DNA of 60,157 nt, filler included, from Hausera hauseri (GCA_046269625.1; 11 parts of 11 records of this genome joined end to end with filler, not necessarily neighbours in it); one strand, 5' to 3'; shown: positions 1-13,179, counted from the whole stretch's first letter. Made by a program: numbers and translations. Notes: a model not told the origin generated them from the letters alone.

Positions 1-210
1 CTTAAAAAGCTATGGGGAGGATTGCTAGCATTTGGCCAAGTCTCATCAGGATTCTTAGCTGTATATTTTTTGCTTCAAATTGCAAGGACTATTGTAGCGC
101 AGATTACGAGTGGGTTTATTAATTTTCAATTATTTGGATGTTCAAAACGTCTACTAACAGCGATATGCCCACCTATTGCAAAGTGTCTGCAGCATGCCTT
201 TCTAGCACAA
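1..210 (+). CDS. Putative C-terminal transmembrane anchor/tail of a chuvirus-type glycoprotein, in the same open frame as the protease
   Basis: Frame 1 is open from base 1: LKKLWGGLLAFGQVSSGFLAVYFLLQIARTIVAQITSGFINFQLFGCSKRLLTAICPPIAKCLQH. Fits the W..F.FG..SG..hydrophobic..G....FG.S..LL pattern I recall from chuvirus-derived glycoprotein C-termini. No stop before LIDTG. Confidence 0.7.
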
Positions 211-3200
211 TGGATGAGGGATCAGGAAAGACGTAGTGGTGGGAGAGGCGATGGAGAAACAAGTATTTTAGGAAAAAGAAGTCTTAAAGGTAGTGTTAAA
301 AGTCGTAGAAAGTATCAAAAGGAATCGACTAAAAACAAAATTATGAAGTGGATTAAAGGAATTAAAGTAGAGAATCAGAAACCACCACGATACAGTTCTT
401 ATTCAATTCACTCCCAAAGAATACATAATCCAACCTATCTAAGTCGACAATTACCTCCAATACCAATAGAATCCACGATTAAAACTGAAAATGTCCCAAT
501 GAATACCATAAATGAAGATCAGCTTGATCAGTTATATTTAGGAAGTAAAGCTCAATACATAAAATATAGTGATTTGAGGAAACAATTAAAAACACTTCCC
601 ACAGATAAGGGTCAAACGTCTAATGACCCAAATATAGAATTACTGCTTCCAACTTCTAACAATGAAATGCGATTGCAAGTGGATATGCCCAATGTCAGTA
701 GATTCAATGCATTACGTACAGCACAACGATTACAACATACTAGACGACCTTATACAGTGGTCACAATTCACAATGATTGGAATGTAGATGCTCTAATTGA
801 TACAGGATGCGATGATTCAATAATTAGGCTTGGTTGCATTCCACAGAAATATCAACAAGAAATAAAAGAACCTAAAAAATCAGAAAAGGCTACTGTATCA
901 GGATGGGGAGATAAATCTTTCCTGGCAGGACAATGGACAACGACTATTATACTATACGGCAAACGAATTACACATACCTTTAAAATATTTGAAAAACTTT
1001 TAGAAGATGTCGTCATTGGATTAGATTTACAACAGAAATGTACAGGACGATATCCTAACCTGGAAACGGGACAATTAGCTATACCACCAGTTGAATTTCG
1101 ACCAGGAATAGTGATAGTACCAGAAGCCATAGTACTGGAACCACGCTGAGAACACATCATTCAAGGATATGCCACTAATAATTTAAACGGAACACAACTA
1201 TTTGAACGAAGTCTTAAATTATATCAGAAAACAGGAATCGAAGCAGCATGCAGTATTAGTCCCATAGATGAAGGAAACTTACCAATACGCCTAGTTAATC
1301 CTACACAAGAAGTAGTGATCTTAAAACCGATAACGGTTTTAGGATCATTATGTGCAATATCCCACATAATTGAACAAGAAGAATCAAAAACAATCCTAGA
1401 TAATGTTGAAGCTATCCATACAGAACTTCAAGGAGCTGATAAAATAAGATTACCATGTATGTTAAAACGACATGTGCAAAGCATTGCTAAGAATTATAAC
1501 GAATTAGGTCGAACAGCGAAAATTGCTCATAGAATCCATTTGTTAAATGAACAACCAATTAGACAAAGACCATAAAGGGTTACCCAAGAACTACAAAAAG
1601 ATGTGGAGAATCAAATACAAAAAATTCTAGAAAACGACATTATTCGAAAAAGTAATTCACCTTGGTTGTCACCAGTAGTAGTTGTGGCAAAAAAGATGGA
1701 GGATCTAGAATTTGTATTAATTTTCAGAAGTTAAACAAACAAACAGTTAAAAATTCATATCCTTTGCCAAGACAAGATAATATTTTTGATCGATTGACCG
1801 GTTCAAAATATTTTACAACCATGGACTTACAGACTGGTTATTGGCAAATGCCAATTTACGAAGAAGATAAATACAAAACAGCCTTTTCGACGGGGAAAGG
1901 ACAATATGAATTTAATGTAGTACCATTTGGTCTTTGTAATGCTCCTTCGACCTATCAAGAAGCCGTAGAAGCTATGTTAATGGATTGTGCTCATGCTATG
2001 GTGTATATAGATGATATAATAGTATTTTCAGTAGATCTCGCAAATCACTTAGATGATTTAGAAAAAGTGTTAAACTTGCTAGAAATTTGGGGTTTTAAAT
2101 TGAAATTAAAAAAATATAGATATGCTATGCAACGTGTACAGTTCTTAGGCCATTTTGTATCATCATCTGGATTAGAAGTCGATCCTGAGATAGTATCAGC
2201 TATCACAGCATGGCCCATACCAAAAACTGTAACAGAGATAAGAGCATTCATCGGAACAGCTAGCAAATAGGGAAAACATATCCTTAACTTCAGTATTATT
2301 GCTAGACCATTTTTTGAATTAACAAAGAATAAAGTACCTTTTGAACGGACAATCGAATGTCGAGAAGCGTTCGACATATTAAAAAAGTTGTTAACTACAG
2401 CTCCGATTTTAAGATTTCCAAATTTTTAAGAGCCGTTTCTTATTGTTACAGATGCTAGCCAAACAGGACTAGTAGCAGTTTTATCACAAATGGACCAAGC
2501 AAATAATCAGGAATTCGTTATAGCTTATGCTAGCAGAACTTTGTCGGTAATAGAAATAAAATATCCAGTAATTCAGAAGGAAATGTTAGCCATTGTTTAT
2601 GCAGTAGAAAAATTTAGATATTATGTATGGGGACAAAATTAAAGTTTATACAGATCATGAGCCGCTTTCGTTTTATGCAGGATGCAAAGACCAATTCTCA
2701 CGATTGAAAAGATGGCAGTTAAAACTACAAGCTTATGATACCACTATATATTACAAACATGGAAAAATTTACAGAAATGCTGATGGATTATCTAGAATAC
2801 CAGCTACAAAACAAGAATTACAAAATCTCGAAACTGAAAGTAACCAAATTCATATTTCTCAAATGTTAATATTCCACAAAGTTCTACACGATGATCAATT
2901 GACCGAGACCGATATTCAAAAACTAATATGTTTACAAGAAAAGGATCCAGAATTACAAATAATTAGAGAATTTGTGAGAACAAAGAAAATTAATATAGAA
3001 GAGAAAAACTTAACTCACCATTTACTAAACCAAGGATCGCATTATCTTATTATTAATGATCTGTTAAGATATTGGCACCGTAATAGACAAGTAATTGTAA
3101 TACCATTGGAAAAGCGAAAAGACATACTACACCAAGAACATGATGGGATGTTGGCGGGCCATCCGGCTTCTAAAAACTTTAGAAAGAATCAAAACAAAAT

Positions 3201-4138
3201 ATTATTGGAGGACTGTTCAACAGGATGTGGAAAAATGGTGTAAAAATTGTCAAATCTGCGCAATTAGACGAGCTGGAGGACTACGCAGTAAACCGCAATT
3301 ACACTTTATAACGTCACCAGAAAGACCGATGGAATTTACTGCGATGGATATTGTCGGTCCATTACATAAAACTCAAAGTGGCAACCAATGCACAATAGTA
3401 TTTATTAATTATTTGACACGATTTCCGGAAGCTTTCCCAATGCCTGATAAGACAGCGTTCACCGTTGCAGCTTTGTTTGTCGAAGAAATAGTTTTTCGAT
3501 ATGGTGTTCCACGAAAAATATTAACGAATCAAGGAAAAGAATTTATAAATCATATCTTTGAAGAAGTGTGCAGACTATTTACTATATACAAACTTAAAAC
3601 CGCCGCATATCACCCACAAACAGATGGAATGGTAGAAAAACTAAATGGGACATTATTGTCAATGCTGGCAACAGTAACAAATGATCGGCAAGATGATTGG
3701 AATCTATTTATTCCAGCCTGTATGTTCGCTTTGAGATCTGCGCCACACACGGCAACGCATAAATCTCCCTTTTATTTGATGTATGGAAGAGAACCATTAC
3801 TACCCACAGATTTAGAATTTATACCAAATGAAGCATTGGCAAAAAGTGAACCAGATTATGTAAACTATCTAAAGGAAAGATTAACGAAAGCTTGGGCTTT
3901 AGCCCAGTCACTAACATTAGACTATCAAAAACAATATAAAAAGCAATATGATAAACATGCCAGACCCCACAAAATTCAAGCAGATGATTGGGTAATGGTT
4001 TACGACCACGTAGCAAAGAAAGGTCTATCACCCAAACTAACTCGCCCTTGGAAAGGACCTTATCAGGTTGAACGAGTTACAGACAACAATATTTTTATTA
4101 AAAAGAAAGTAGGCAAAAAAACGAAATTGTTTGCTTAG
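1..4138 (+). mobile_element. pol: Decayed Ty3/gypsy LTR retrotransposon pol (protease-RT-RNase H-integrase), preceded in frame by a membrane-protein tail
   Basis: Protease LIDTGC (Asp codon 799-801); RT motifs YPLP, DLQTGYWQ, PFGLCNAP, YIDD; RNase H TDAS, YASR, YTDHEPL, NADGLSR; integrase H..GH/CxxC, MDIVGP, AYHPQTDGMVEK and WKGPY. Order PR-RT-RH-IN. Several stops and frameshifts. Confidence 0.95.
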
Positions 4139-4225
4139 CAGCCGAATGGTGCATATTGACTTCTCCGCCTATACCGAAAAGCAAAAATCCATCAATAAAA
4201 CAATCAGAGGTTAAAAAAAGATAAA

Positions 4226-5599
4226 ATGAAAGTAACAAATATTACCGTACCATCCTGCTCCACCTTATTTGAAAACCGCATCTCTTACGCAACATTTTTT
4301 TTATCCTAATTTGTTGCTTAGAAATTTACGAATGTCTACCAGCAATATATATGGGATGGAGACATCAAAACCAGATAACTTATTTACATACAGATATTAA
4401 TATTCCACATTTGGAATAACAAATCAATAGAATTCCTTGGTCTTTGTACAATTGAACCGCCTGGTGGCGCATGTTTTTATCCCGTGGACAAGCCCACAGT
4501 GCAGCAAACTTTCGCCTTCTTTGATCAAGATTCAACTACAATAGTTGACAGGTGAGAAACGGAACCTTTGCAGACACCTTCGTTTCGAATCTTCAGAGAA
4601 CCATTCTTAGTTTATCAGTACTTATGGACTAAAGGACAATCCGGAGTTTTAGTACAGATTGAAAGAATTAGACTAAATTTTACTAAACAAACAATGACCC
4701 CAAAATGGTCTCTTGATTTACCACGTTTTCCTATATATTATAATAAGCCGACTTGGGTCAGAATTACTATTCCGATAACCGGAACAAACATATATTTCAT
4801 ACACGACTGGTTAATTCCCCCTGTTCAACCTTTATTTACATCAGGATCATTTTTGTGGAAAGCAATCCCCTATTCTTCTATTGACGTATTACGAACACGG
4901 TAGAACCCCCCAGTGTTGGAAGCCACATACATAGGGAAACATTGGTCGGTATCCGTTGGACCTTCTTCGCCTCGGCTTATAGTAATAAAGAAAGAAAATA
5001 TTCACTTTCGACCCTCTGTATGTAGGATCCAGTTCACAGTATTGGTAGATCCCTCACATCGTGTCATAATTAATACTACGCTAAACTTAAAACATTTATT
5101 TTCGTCTAAGTCGTCACCTTGGATAAAACCAAGAGTTGTTATGTTAAACTCACGATTTGTTTCTACGAGGATGGACCTCCTAAGTACAACAGTTAAATTT
5201 ACACCTAATGAATCATTATTAAATTTAACAAAACGCAAACGCAATACAACACGTTTTGTAACTTCTAAACCTTTAGAAAGGCCCATACCATTTAAACAAA
5301 AATTTCCAAATTGGAAACAAAAGTTTGCTTTTTATTTCTTCTCACACATACCTGCTCCAACAACAAGTGCGACAGCATTATCAAAAAGAACTTCTATTGC
5401 TCTATTTTATGTATGGATAATTGTGATAATCGCTTCAGGTATAATGATTATAGTTTGCTTTTCTTTGGCCATGTACTTAAAACTTTCTAATGAAATATAT
5501 CTAAAATATAATTTGTACGAAAATGTAATGCTGTATGATTCTCATTTTAATGTAAATTATTTTGCTGCCGATGAAATCGCCGACAGACCTTGTAATTAA
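4226..5599 (+). pseudogene. Disrupted accessory ORF downstream of integrase, resembling a type I membrane protein
   Basis: ORFs 4568-4903 and 4913-5599 are in the same frame, split by one TAG; C-terminal hydrophobic segment IALFYVWIIVIIASGIMIIVCFSLAMYL; frameshifted signal-like FFILICCLEIYEC near 4295-4335. Confidence 0.5.
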
Positions 5600-6545
5600 A
5601 TATATAGAGTTATATTATGACGATTACACTTGGCCATTGCCTATTACTTTCTGGCTAGGGCAAGATCTTCTGATACCTATTTATTTTTAATGACTCTATT
5701 CGGATGAAATTAATGGTCACTTTATAACCCAAAACTTGATGTCAGATGTTGTCAGCGAATGTTCAATTTTTCCTCCAATCCGACTCTTCGCAGGAGGCCA
5801 TTTTGAAACGATATGAAATTCGTGTTGAAACAGAAGAAGCATCTATCAAACGCTCTATGAACGATGTTCAACCATCCTTAATTCTTAAAGTCACACATGC
5901 CCCGTCTACACATGTATGTACCCAATAAATCACCTATTCTATTTCTAACAGAAGTTCTCCTTTCCTGTTCCGTTTACCGATGCATGCGTATGGATACATC
6001 CTCTGTAATTCTATTAAACTTTATCCCACCATCTTAATAATTTCCAATAAATATAAACACAATAGTTTACAGAATCGCTGTATACTAATTTCTCATTGTC
6101 CCCATAATTATGGACATCATCCTTTGTGCAAGATCTTTGAACACGTATCTATTAAGCATTTTCCAACACAACCCAAAGATTTATTACTTACGGTTGCCCA
6201 TGGCTCGATTGTTTTAAATATCCATAAACCATCTTTACCATTGTTACAATTCTATTTATCCACCTACAAGTCCGCTTTTTTAACAGCTGATGTTTAGGCT
6301 ATACTTTGAATTAGAATGTACGGATATTTCTTTATGGCGCCATTACTTAGATAATTCATCTAATAGAAAAATATCACTGAATGATTTAGACTAGATTCAA
6401 AACCCCTGGATCTTTCTGCCAAAATCTATGTTCAAGTTTCCCAATTATATAAAAAATCTTACTTTTGCAGGCCATGTGGCAGCATTCTAGGAAAATCTGC
6501 CTCTATCTGGTGAAGTTGTTCTTGATGATTTCTCTATTCATATAT

Positions 6546-6645
6546 NNNNNNNNNNNNNNNNNNNNNNNNNNNNNNNNNNNNNNNNNNNNTTAATTAATTA
6601 ANNNNNNNNNNNNNNNNNNNNNNNNNNNNNNNNNNNNNNNNNNNN
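6546..6645. other. Artificial contig spacer N44-TTAATTAATTAA-N44 (first of ten)
   Basis: Same 100-nt spacer with stops in all six frames also at 10722-10821, 14902-15001, 19355-19454, 27551-27650, 33831-33930, 39978-40077, 46175-46274, 50247-50346 and 54490-54589. Adjacency across spacers carries no biological meaning. Confidence 0.98.
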
Positions 6646-6698
6646 CATACTAAACTAGTAAAAATAAATTGGGCATTAAAATTAAATACCTTTCAGAA

Positions 6699-7000
6699 AT
6701 GGCCATGTCGAAAGTTAGAGCACAAATTACGAGAAGAAAAGTAACGTGTCCTATTTTCGTACACCGAAATATCCTTGTCAGTCCATAATTCCCACTTACG
6801 AAGATATAATTCGCTGTGTTCTTCAAGAAAAGGACAATTTGCTAGTATCTGAAAATAGAAAATCTCCTACTTTCAAAGAAAGAGGCAATTTTACTACCGC
6901 CGAAATCCTATGCCCTCAAAACCAAAACCAAATCAGTCCTCGAATGCAAGGGCATAAATCTCAAACAGACAGACTTGCAGTTCGGTAACTACCTACAGGC
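6699..7000 (+). mobile_element. Possible N-terminal relic of a hAT (hATm-like) transposase
   Basis: Frameshifted CPIF..P......IPTYEDIIRC resembles N-termini of this family; short, with no catalytic residues. Confidence 0.3.
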
Positions 7001-7002
7001 TA

Positions 7003-7800
7003 ATGAAACCTGATTGTTGGACCATGATAGATCAGGAGCGAATTGATACTAAAAACCATCAACTTATGGCAATCAGCTCAAAAAAGAAAACATTAGATCA
7101 TTTCGACAACAAACACCAATGGCTTGACAAAAATGTCGCATATGGACATTATTGTATAAATGTGTGATTATATTTTGTATCAATAAATATTTCATACTTT
7201 ACTGCGTTTGTTTTAATAACAGTAAATACTGTTTTAGTGTTGTGAACATTTATAATATACAAATGTTTATTATCGAACAAATCTAGATACAAATATTACA
7301 AATGCACCAGTAAGAATACTACGCACAAGTAAAACATTTCTCTGTCTTTTCCTAAATTCTTCTTTAATATTTGTCATCAATATTGATCGAACAATAAGTT
7401 CTACATATTCTTCTTCATTACGAAATTGGACACAAACAATTTTCCCACTGCATATTTCATCTGCGAGTCGCTTAATTTCACTTTCTAAATCTATTTTGTA
7501 ATTCTAAATATATGTATATAGATCATTTAGGAGAACAGATTTAAAATCATACCATTCGTCGTATTATTTATTAAAACAACCCCATGCTATTTGCACACAT
7601 TTATATCAAACCACCAAAATTAAAACAAAAAATTTTCGCGCAAAATTCAAAATTTTTAAACAACTTCGAATCCATAAAGTACACCTCCTTGCGTGTGTAT
7701 CGTTTTCCCTACCCCATGATTCATCCCGAACCACTTCTTTTCCTTCCTTCCCTTGGGGGGGGGGGAAGGGTTGGGGCCATGTGCTCACATCTATCTATCC
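7003..7800 (+). mobile_element. Polinton/Maverick-like right end: polB C-terminus, convergent small ORF relic, putative terminus
   Basis: 7003-7168 encodes QERIDTKNHQLMAISSKKKTLDHFDNK..VAYGHY (protein-primed polB C-terminus), homologous to 10822-11002; minus-strand ORF relic about 7275-7560; G-run then TGCTCACATCTATCT similar to the terminus at 11335-11352. Confidence 0.65.
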
Positions 7801-8141
7801 TCACTGAAGTGTTCATCACACCAACCGCGTTTTGGCCAGCCTCTTCCTTTCATAGGGGTCATTGTACTTACCGCAAAGAAGAATTGTTCAATATGCTTTA
7901 AGTTTTTTACATGCGGATGTGCTGGATAATTGCGATTTTTGAATCCCATTGTCGAAAAACGTCACTAGTCATCCATGATTTCGTATTAAACAGACAGAGA
8001 ATGTGATGAAGTGTACATTTTTAAACCGTGTGGGTAAATCAAAACGAACAAAGACATTTTATTTGAAACATAATCTGATGAAGATCGAAAGACAGAGAAA
8101 TGGTAAGAATGAATATTTATTCAAATGGAACAGCCGATCAA

Positions 8142-10362
8142 TTACGATGCATGCCGTGACAGAACCATCACCAATTCAACGTGCGGCGTGTGCGGAAACA
8201 AATCCACTGGAATTGCCGTTTGCGGGAAAAACGGATCTCCACGAACTCGTTTGGAAATCGGTCGAGAAAATTCCAGGAAATTGGCAGTGGCCGCCTCCGG
8301 ATTACAGGACACGAATATGACATTACTGATCAGACGGCACCGACGGATGGCCTGCACAACGGACGTATCTTAAATATGGCGGGGGGGGGGCGTTAATCGA
8401 TGACAATTTGATGATAGATAAACTCACGGAGACCGGCACGGGGGGGATCGACAACAGCGATAAATTCCCGATTGGATTTTGTGACATCTCGTTCCTCGGT
8501 GATGAGTAAATTATCTAATACGGCCTCTGCACGACCGACATGGAACATGGCATTGCGGATGTCTACAACGGAATGGTCAATTGGTATGTCAGTGAGTAAT
8601 TGTCAGTACTGTTTAGCGATGCATTCAGTCGGGCATCGTCGACTGATTCAGCGCACATTTCAATACCGACGATCTGATCGGCTAACTAAATCCATAGAAT
8701 CAATGCATGGCAATACCAATGAACAACAAACGTACATCGGCCAACGACAAACCGATTGTTCCAGTGCCGCAGCACACATCAAGGATTGTGACTTTCCGTT
8801 GGGACTGTGCGACTAACGCAGCGCATTGCTGCCGTATGACGTTGTACAGACATTCGGCTGCACCGGTATTGACTGAATCGTAATGCCATAATCATTATCT
8901 ATTCACAATATACCTTGAAAGAACGCATTGTACGACACACGGAAATTCATTGATAACAACCGTTCACAGACGAACGGTGTGCCATGAATAACTTTCGTTG
9001 TCGTCCCATCAACGGGATCGCCATTATTCAATCTGACCGACACCAGAATTGACGTCAAACGGCATTCTTTTCCATCACCTTCGATAAAGTAATCTTTAAA
9101 ATATTGGCTGACTTTGTCGATGTCGGCTTCGGTGAGATTCCTCGGCGACAAATCAACAATGAGCATAATGCTAATACGATCACTGATGTTATTGTCGTTA
9201 TCAATGGATTTCGATCCTATTCTGATTGTTATGCCCCGTAGATTGCCGTCATTTTTCCCCGGTTGCACAACGGACAGTTGCGGTGTAAAATTGGCCGAAA
9301 CTAAATGTGGCAGAATTTTATTCATATGGTCCAAAACCGGAACCATGGACTGGTGTATGACTGGGAGCGTTTGTGCATTGCCAACAGCATCAAATCCACT
9401 GCGATATTTCCCGTAACAAAATCCGACAATTGGCCCTGAAATCGACACAGATTTCCAAGAGTACTTTTTTTATCATTTACCCACCCTCTCCATTTGGTGT
9501 CATTCCAATTGTAAATTCGCATTTATTTCTGTAATGATCATTTGTTGGCTAGACAACAGAATACAGAATATTTCAATTGTCAGAAAGTCTAACTGAAGGA
9601 ATGATTTTATGTTCTGTACAAACGAGACGTTGAAATTCCGTTTTAGTTTCAGATAATTCCGTTTTAATTTCTGATAAATCGTCAGAAACGATATCGAAAT
9701 TGATCAATTTCAAATGATCATTGTACTTTGTGATTGTGCCTTTCAACATATGAAGAATATGGGAAATATTTTTCTGCTTTTTAGTCAATTGTTCGTCATA
9801 AGTCAATCGCCAAAACTTCGTAACGTGATCTTTCAATTTTCATCTGTTTGATTGTCTTCTTCAGTTTTAATCTGCTTGCTATTCAGATCTTGTTCAATAT
9901 CGGCATATGCCCTTCTTTTTAATATAAACGGATCAGCTCTACCAACAGCAATCTATACAAGACTAGTTATTTCAAATGTTAATGATAAATTTTAATACAT
10001 GAGCGACTAATGTATTGCCTTTCCAAATATGTCCGGTAATGGTTTTAATGGCCAAGTCTCGATCTTCTGGTGATCTTAATTCAAAAATAAGTAAAATTAA
10101 CTAACTACGATAAAATCTACTTAAAAGTAACAAAAGTAACATTTGGGAAAATTTTGATTTTGTGAGGATTCAGCTTAAGCGATTTAAGCCGATGTTTCAA
10201 TTGCTATATTAAATCAGATTTTAGATTCAAAATATCAAAGACCATAAATATTACACTGAATCCGACTTTTGAATGAAGATTCTTGATTTCAAGTTTATAC
10301 AATTCAGATGTAAATTCCGGTTTGTCTAAATAACTGTATGGGTTAATTTCAGCTTTTTCCAT
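8142..10362 (-). CDS. TRMT2A: tRNA (uracil-5-)-methyltransferase homolog A (TRMT2A/Trm2 family), about 10 exons
   Basis: Spliced by hand: exon 1 10362-10255 MEKAEINPYSYLDKPEFTSELYKLEIKNL, exon 2 10203-10121, exon 3 10074-9999 (RRM), exon 4 from 9952; then YRNKCEF, AFFQVN, SAM motif LDVCCGTGTIG, VDPPRAGL, FVSCNP and VDLFPHTPHVE. GT-AG introns of about 41-60 nt keep the frame. Confidence 0.93.
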
Positions 10363-10821
10363 GAATTTTTAAAATTGAAAAATTTCTTAGTCATATATTA
10401 AAACAAATTAATTATTTCAATTTGATTTATTTCGATTTTTGCACTTTCCATTGATGCGCCAAATTTGTCCGATATATATGTTATACAAATATCAAAATAT
10501 GGAAACGAAAATATGAAACTCTAGTGAGCATTTTGAAGCAACATGAATTTTTCGTCAAAAGTTAGAATTATACGTACCACATAATTGTCGGTGTATATTT
10601 ATAATTAAACAATGTTTTATTATTATTACTGAAGAGTGGCATGTGCATGAAATACAACAAAAATGGTAATTATATCGGTTAACTAAATTAGACAACTATA
10701 GAAGTAACTGCAAAGTGTAAGNNNNNNNNNNNNNNNNNNNNNNNNNNNNNNNNNNNNNNNNNNNNTTAATTAATTAANNNNNNNNNNNNNNNNNNNNNNN
10801 NNNNNNNNNNNNNNNNNNNNN

Positions 10822-11352
10822 TATGAAACCGGTTGCAGCACTATGGTAGACCAGGAGCGAATTGGCAGTAAAAACCACCAGCTCATGACAATCAGCTCGA
10901 AAAAGAAAGCTCTAGATCCCTTTGACGACAAACGACACTGGGTTAATAAAAACAAAAGTGTCGCATATGGACATTATTGTATTGAATGTATAAATATTTA
11001 ATTGTTTGTATATGTTATATTAATAAATATTTTGTACAGAATTCTTTGTCTTATGTTTTGTCTTATGTTTTGTCATAGTGTACATTTAAATGTTAACTTT
11101 ATTCGCAAGTGACACTTACACAGGCGTATTTATATCAACTTAGTAAAATTTAAACAAATTGGGGGTAAGAATAATGAAACCACGGCTGAGCCAAAATTTT
11201 CCATATAAAATATTGATTTTTTGGGGGTGGGAATAGTGAAACCACGGCTGAGCCAAATTTTCCCATATAAAATATTGATTAGCGATCCTGGGGGGAGGGG
11301 GTCCTCGAGATAAGAAATTTATATTGGCTCAGTGTCCTCACATCCTACTACT
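10822..11352 (+). mobile_element. Polinton/Maverick-like right end: polB C-terminus plus terminal region
   Basis: QERIGSKNHQLMTISSKKKALDPFDDKRHWVNKNKSVAYGHY; about 62-bp tandem duplication at 11159-11280; ends in CTACTACT (11345-11352), reverse complement of the AGTAGT-type Polinton terminus. Confidence 0.75.
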
Positions 11353-12087
11353 AATAACATTGTGACAATTGTCTTACCTTTTTGTTGTTGTTAAACTCCT
11401 GATGGGTATCTCTACCATACCTGTTTGAGTATATGAATTCTTACCCAGAGCGGCGAAATGATTAGTTAAATAATTATTATACATAATCGACATAGGTCTA
11501 ATACTAGGAATATCAACTATAGGAAAATCAGCTATAATTCACATTAAACATAAACGGAACTAAATTAAAGAACAAAAATCCATTACCATACACCCTTTCC
11601 CAATACGAAACCATAATGAATCAATAAAATAAAATTTGGACGAAATTTACTAATCAAATTATTCTACTAATTAAAGACTCTTGTGAAAACCCGAGTGTTG
11701 GTAGTGATGTTTATTGGATGAATGAAATCAAAACGTTGTTTTTCTTGGTTTACGACAGAAAACGAGTCAAAGATACGAGTCAAAACATGATTCAACACAC
11801 AACTTCCAAATCCACTCATATAAATAGTTTAAATATAAGATGTTTGCCGATAGTAGTTGTAAAGATAAATCCTTCAAAAAACTATGGCGTAAAGCAAATT
11901 GAAAATTCAATTCCTTTTTTCATTTTTCAATTTAAAAATTTAAACAAAATTACACGTGCACTGCAGAATTCAAATAAAGCGATTAGTGTGTATGTGTGCC
12001 GTTATTGTATGATCATTGCTCCAGCAAATTTAACCATGCGTCCTTCCCAACCGACAGCTGATTTGTCAAATGAAGATATTCCTTCTG

Positions 12088-13179
12088 CTATGATTCAACT
12101 GCCATTTTTGCATCGAATTGACCCACAGCAGTAGCATCTGGCGTCGCTACAAACGTTGATTCTGCCTTTATAATGACTGCTGTAGATGCCGGTCCAACTG
12201 CCAATTTGTTTAACTTGAATGCTTTACTGTATGCCTCGTCGAATATCTGAAAAATCGCGTGCCAGTTGCAAGACGTTGCTATCCATATTGTTATATGCGT
12301 AACAATTGCTGAACATGAGATTGACATTGGCCAGAAATTCCGATTTGTTTTTGTACACATACGTTTCCAATTTATCACGAACTGTATCGAGATCCATCGG
12401 TTGTTTAATGACGTCGAAATAATCTTTGAGTCCAGGAAATTTCTGTGTGACTGGCTCGAGGATCATTTCATTGAGATGTCGATAACTCACCGACGTTATA
12501 TCTTTCAAAATTGACTGACAAAGACGCAAATCCTCCAACAATCGAGGCCGTTTAGGTATGCAACCATCTCCTTCATTTCTTAATCTGTTTAATCGATGGC
12601 GGACTCGGTGTTAGTGACATATCGTAACAACTATGCACTCGTTTCTTTGATCCACTCGCTGCCTTACTTGATGAAACGCTATTAGGTGGAGATCCAATTG
12701 ATGACCGATCGCTTATTCTAGTACCGTTACCGCGCATTCGTTTCCGACCGCAGTTTTCTCGTTTGTCACCGGAACATACGATTTCATATTCATCGATTGG
12801 CATCATTCTTAACTTGTCGACGACGATTTTCTTCGATTTCTGGGCCATTGTGATAATTTCAGTGCCGGGCTGATTTTTATATATAGCAATTTGTGCATAT
12901 CTGATATATAACCGATACGCATTCGCGGGAATTGTAATAAAATTTCTGAGTCAATCGGTGTTTCATTCGTGTCAAATCGATAGAAGATTTGATAATATCA
13001 GGATAATCTGGCAACGTTAACTGGACAAAATCAACCCGTTTCAGGAATGGAAATGATTGCGGATGTTTCATTAGAAATGGAACGATCTGCTTTTTGATAA
13101 AGTCTAATTTGTTTGTCATTATATTTGATGGCCACAGCTTTTCAACTGGTCCACTATCGATGGTTGATTTCTTCTCCAT
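12088..13179 (-). pseudogene. Intronless, frameshifted tandem-bromodomain (BET/Brd2-4-like) gene copy
   Basis: BD1: TNKLDFI..KHPQSFPF..VD..LTLPDYPDIIK..DL..CTNCYI; BD2: CQSILK..PV..GLKDYFDVIKQPMDL..LMFSNCYAYN. Frameshifts near 12875, 12560 and 12250; no introns; no ET domain recognised. Confidence 0.85.
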
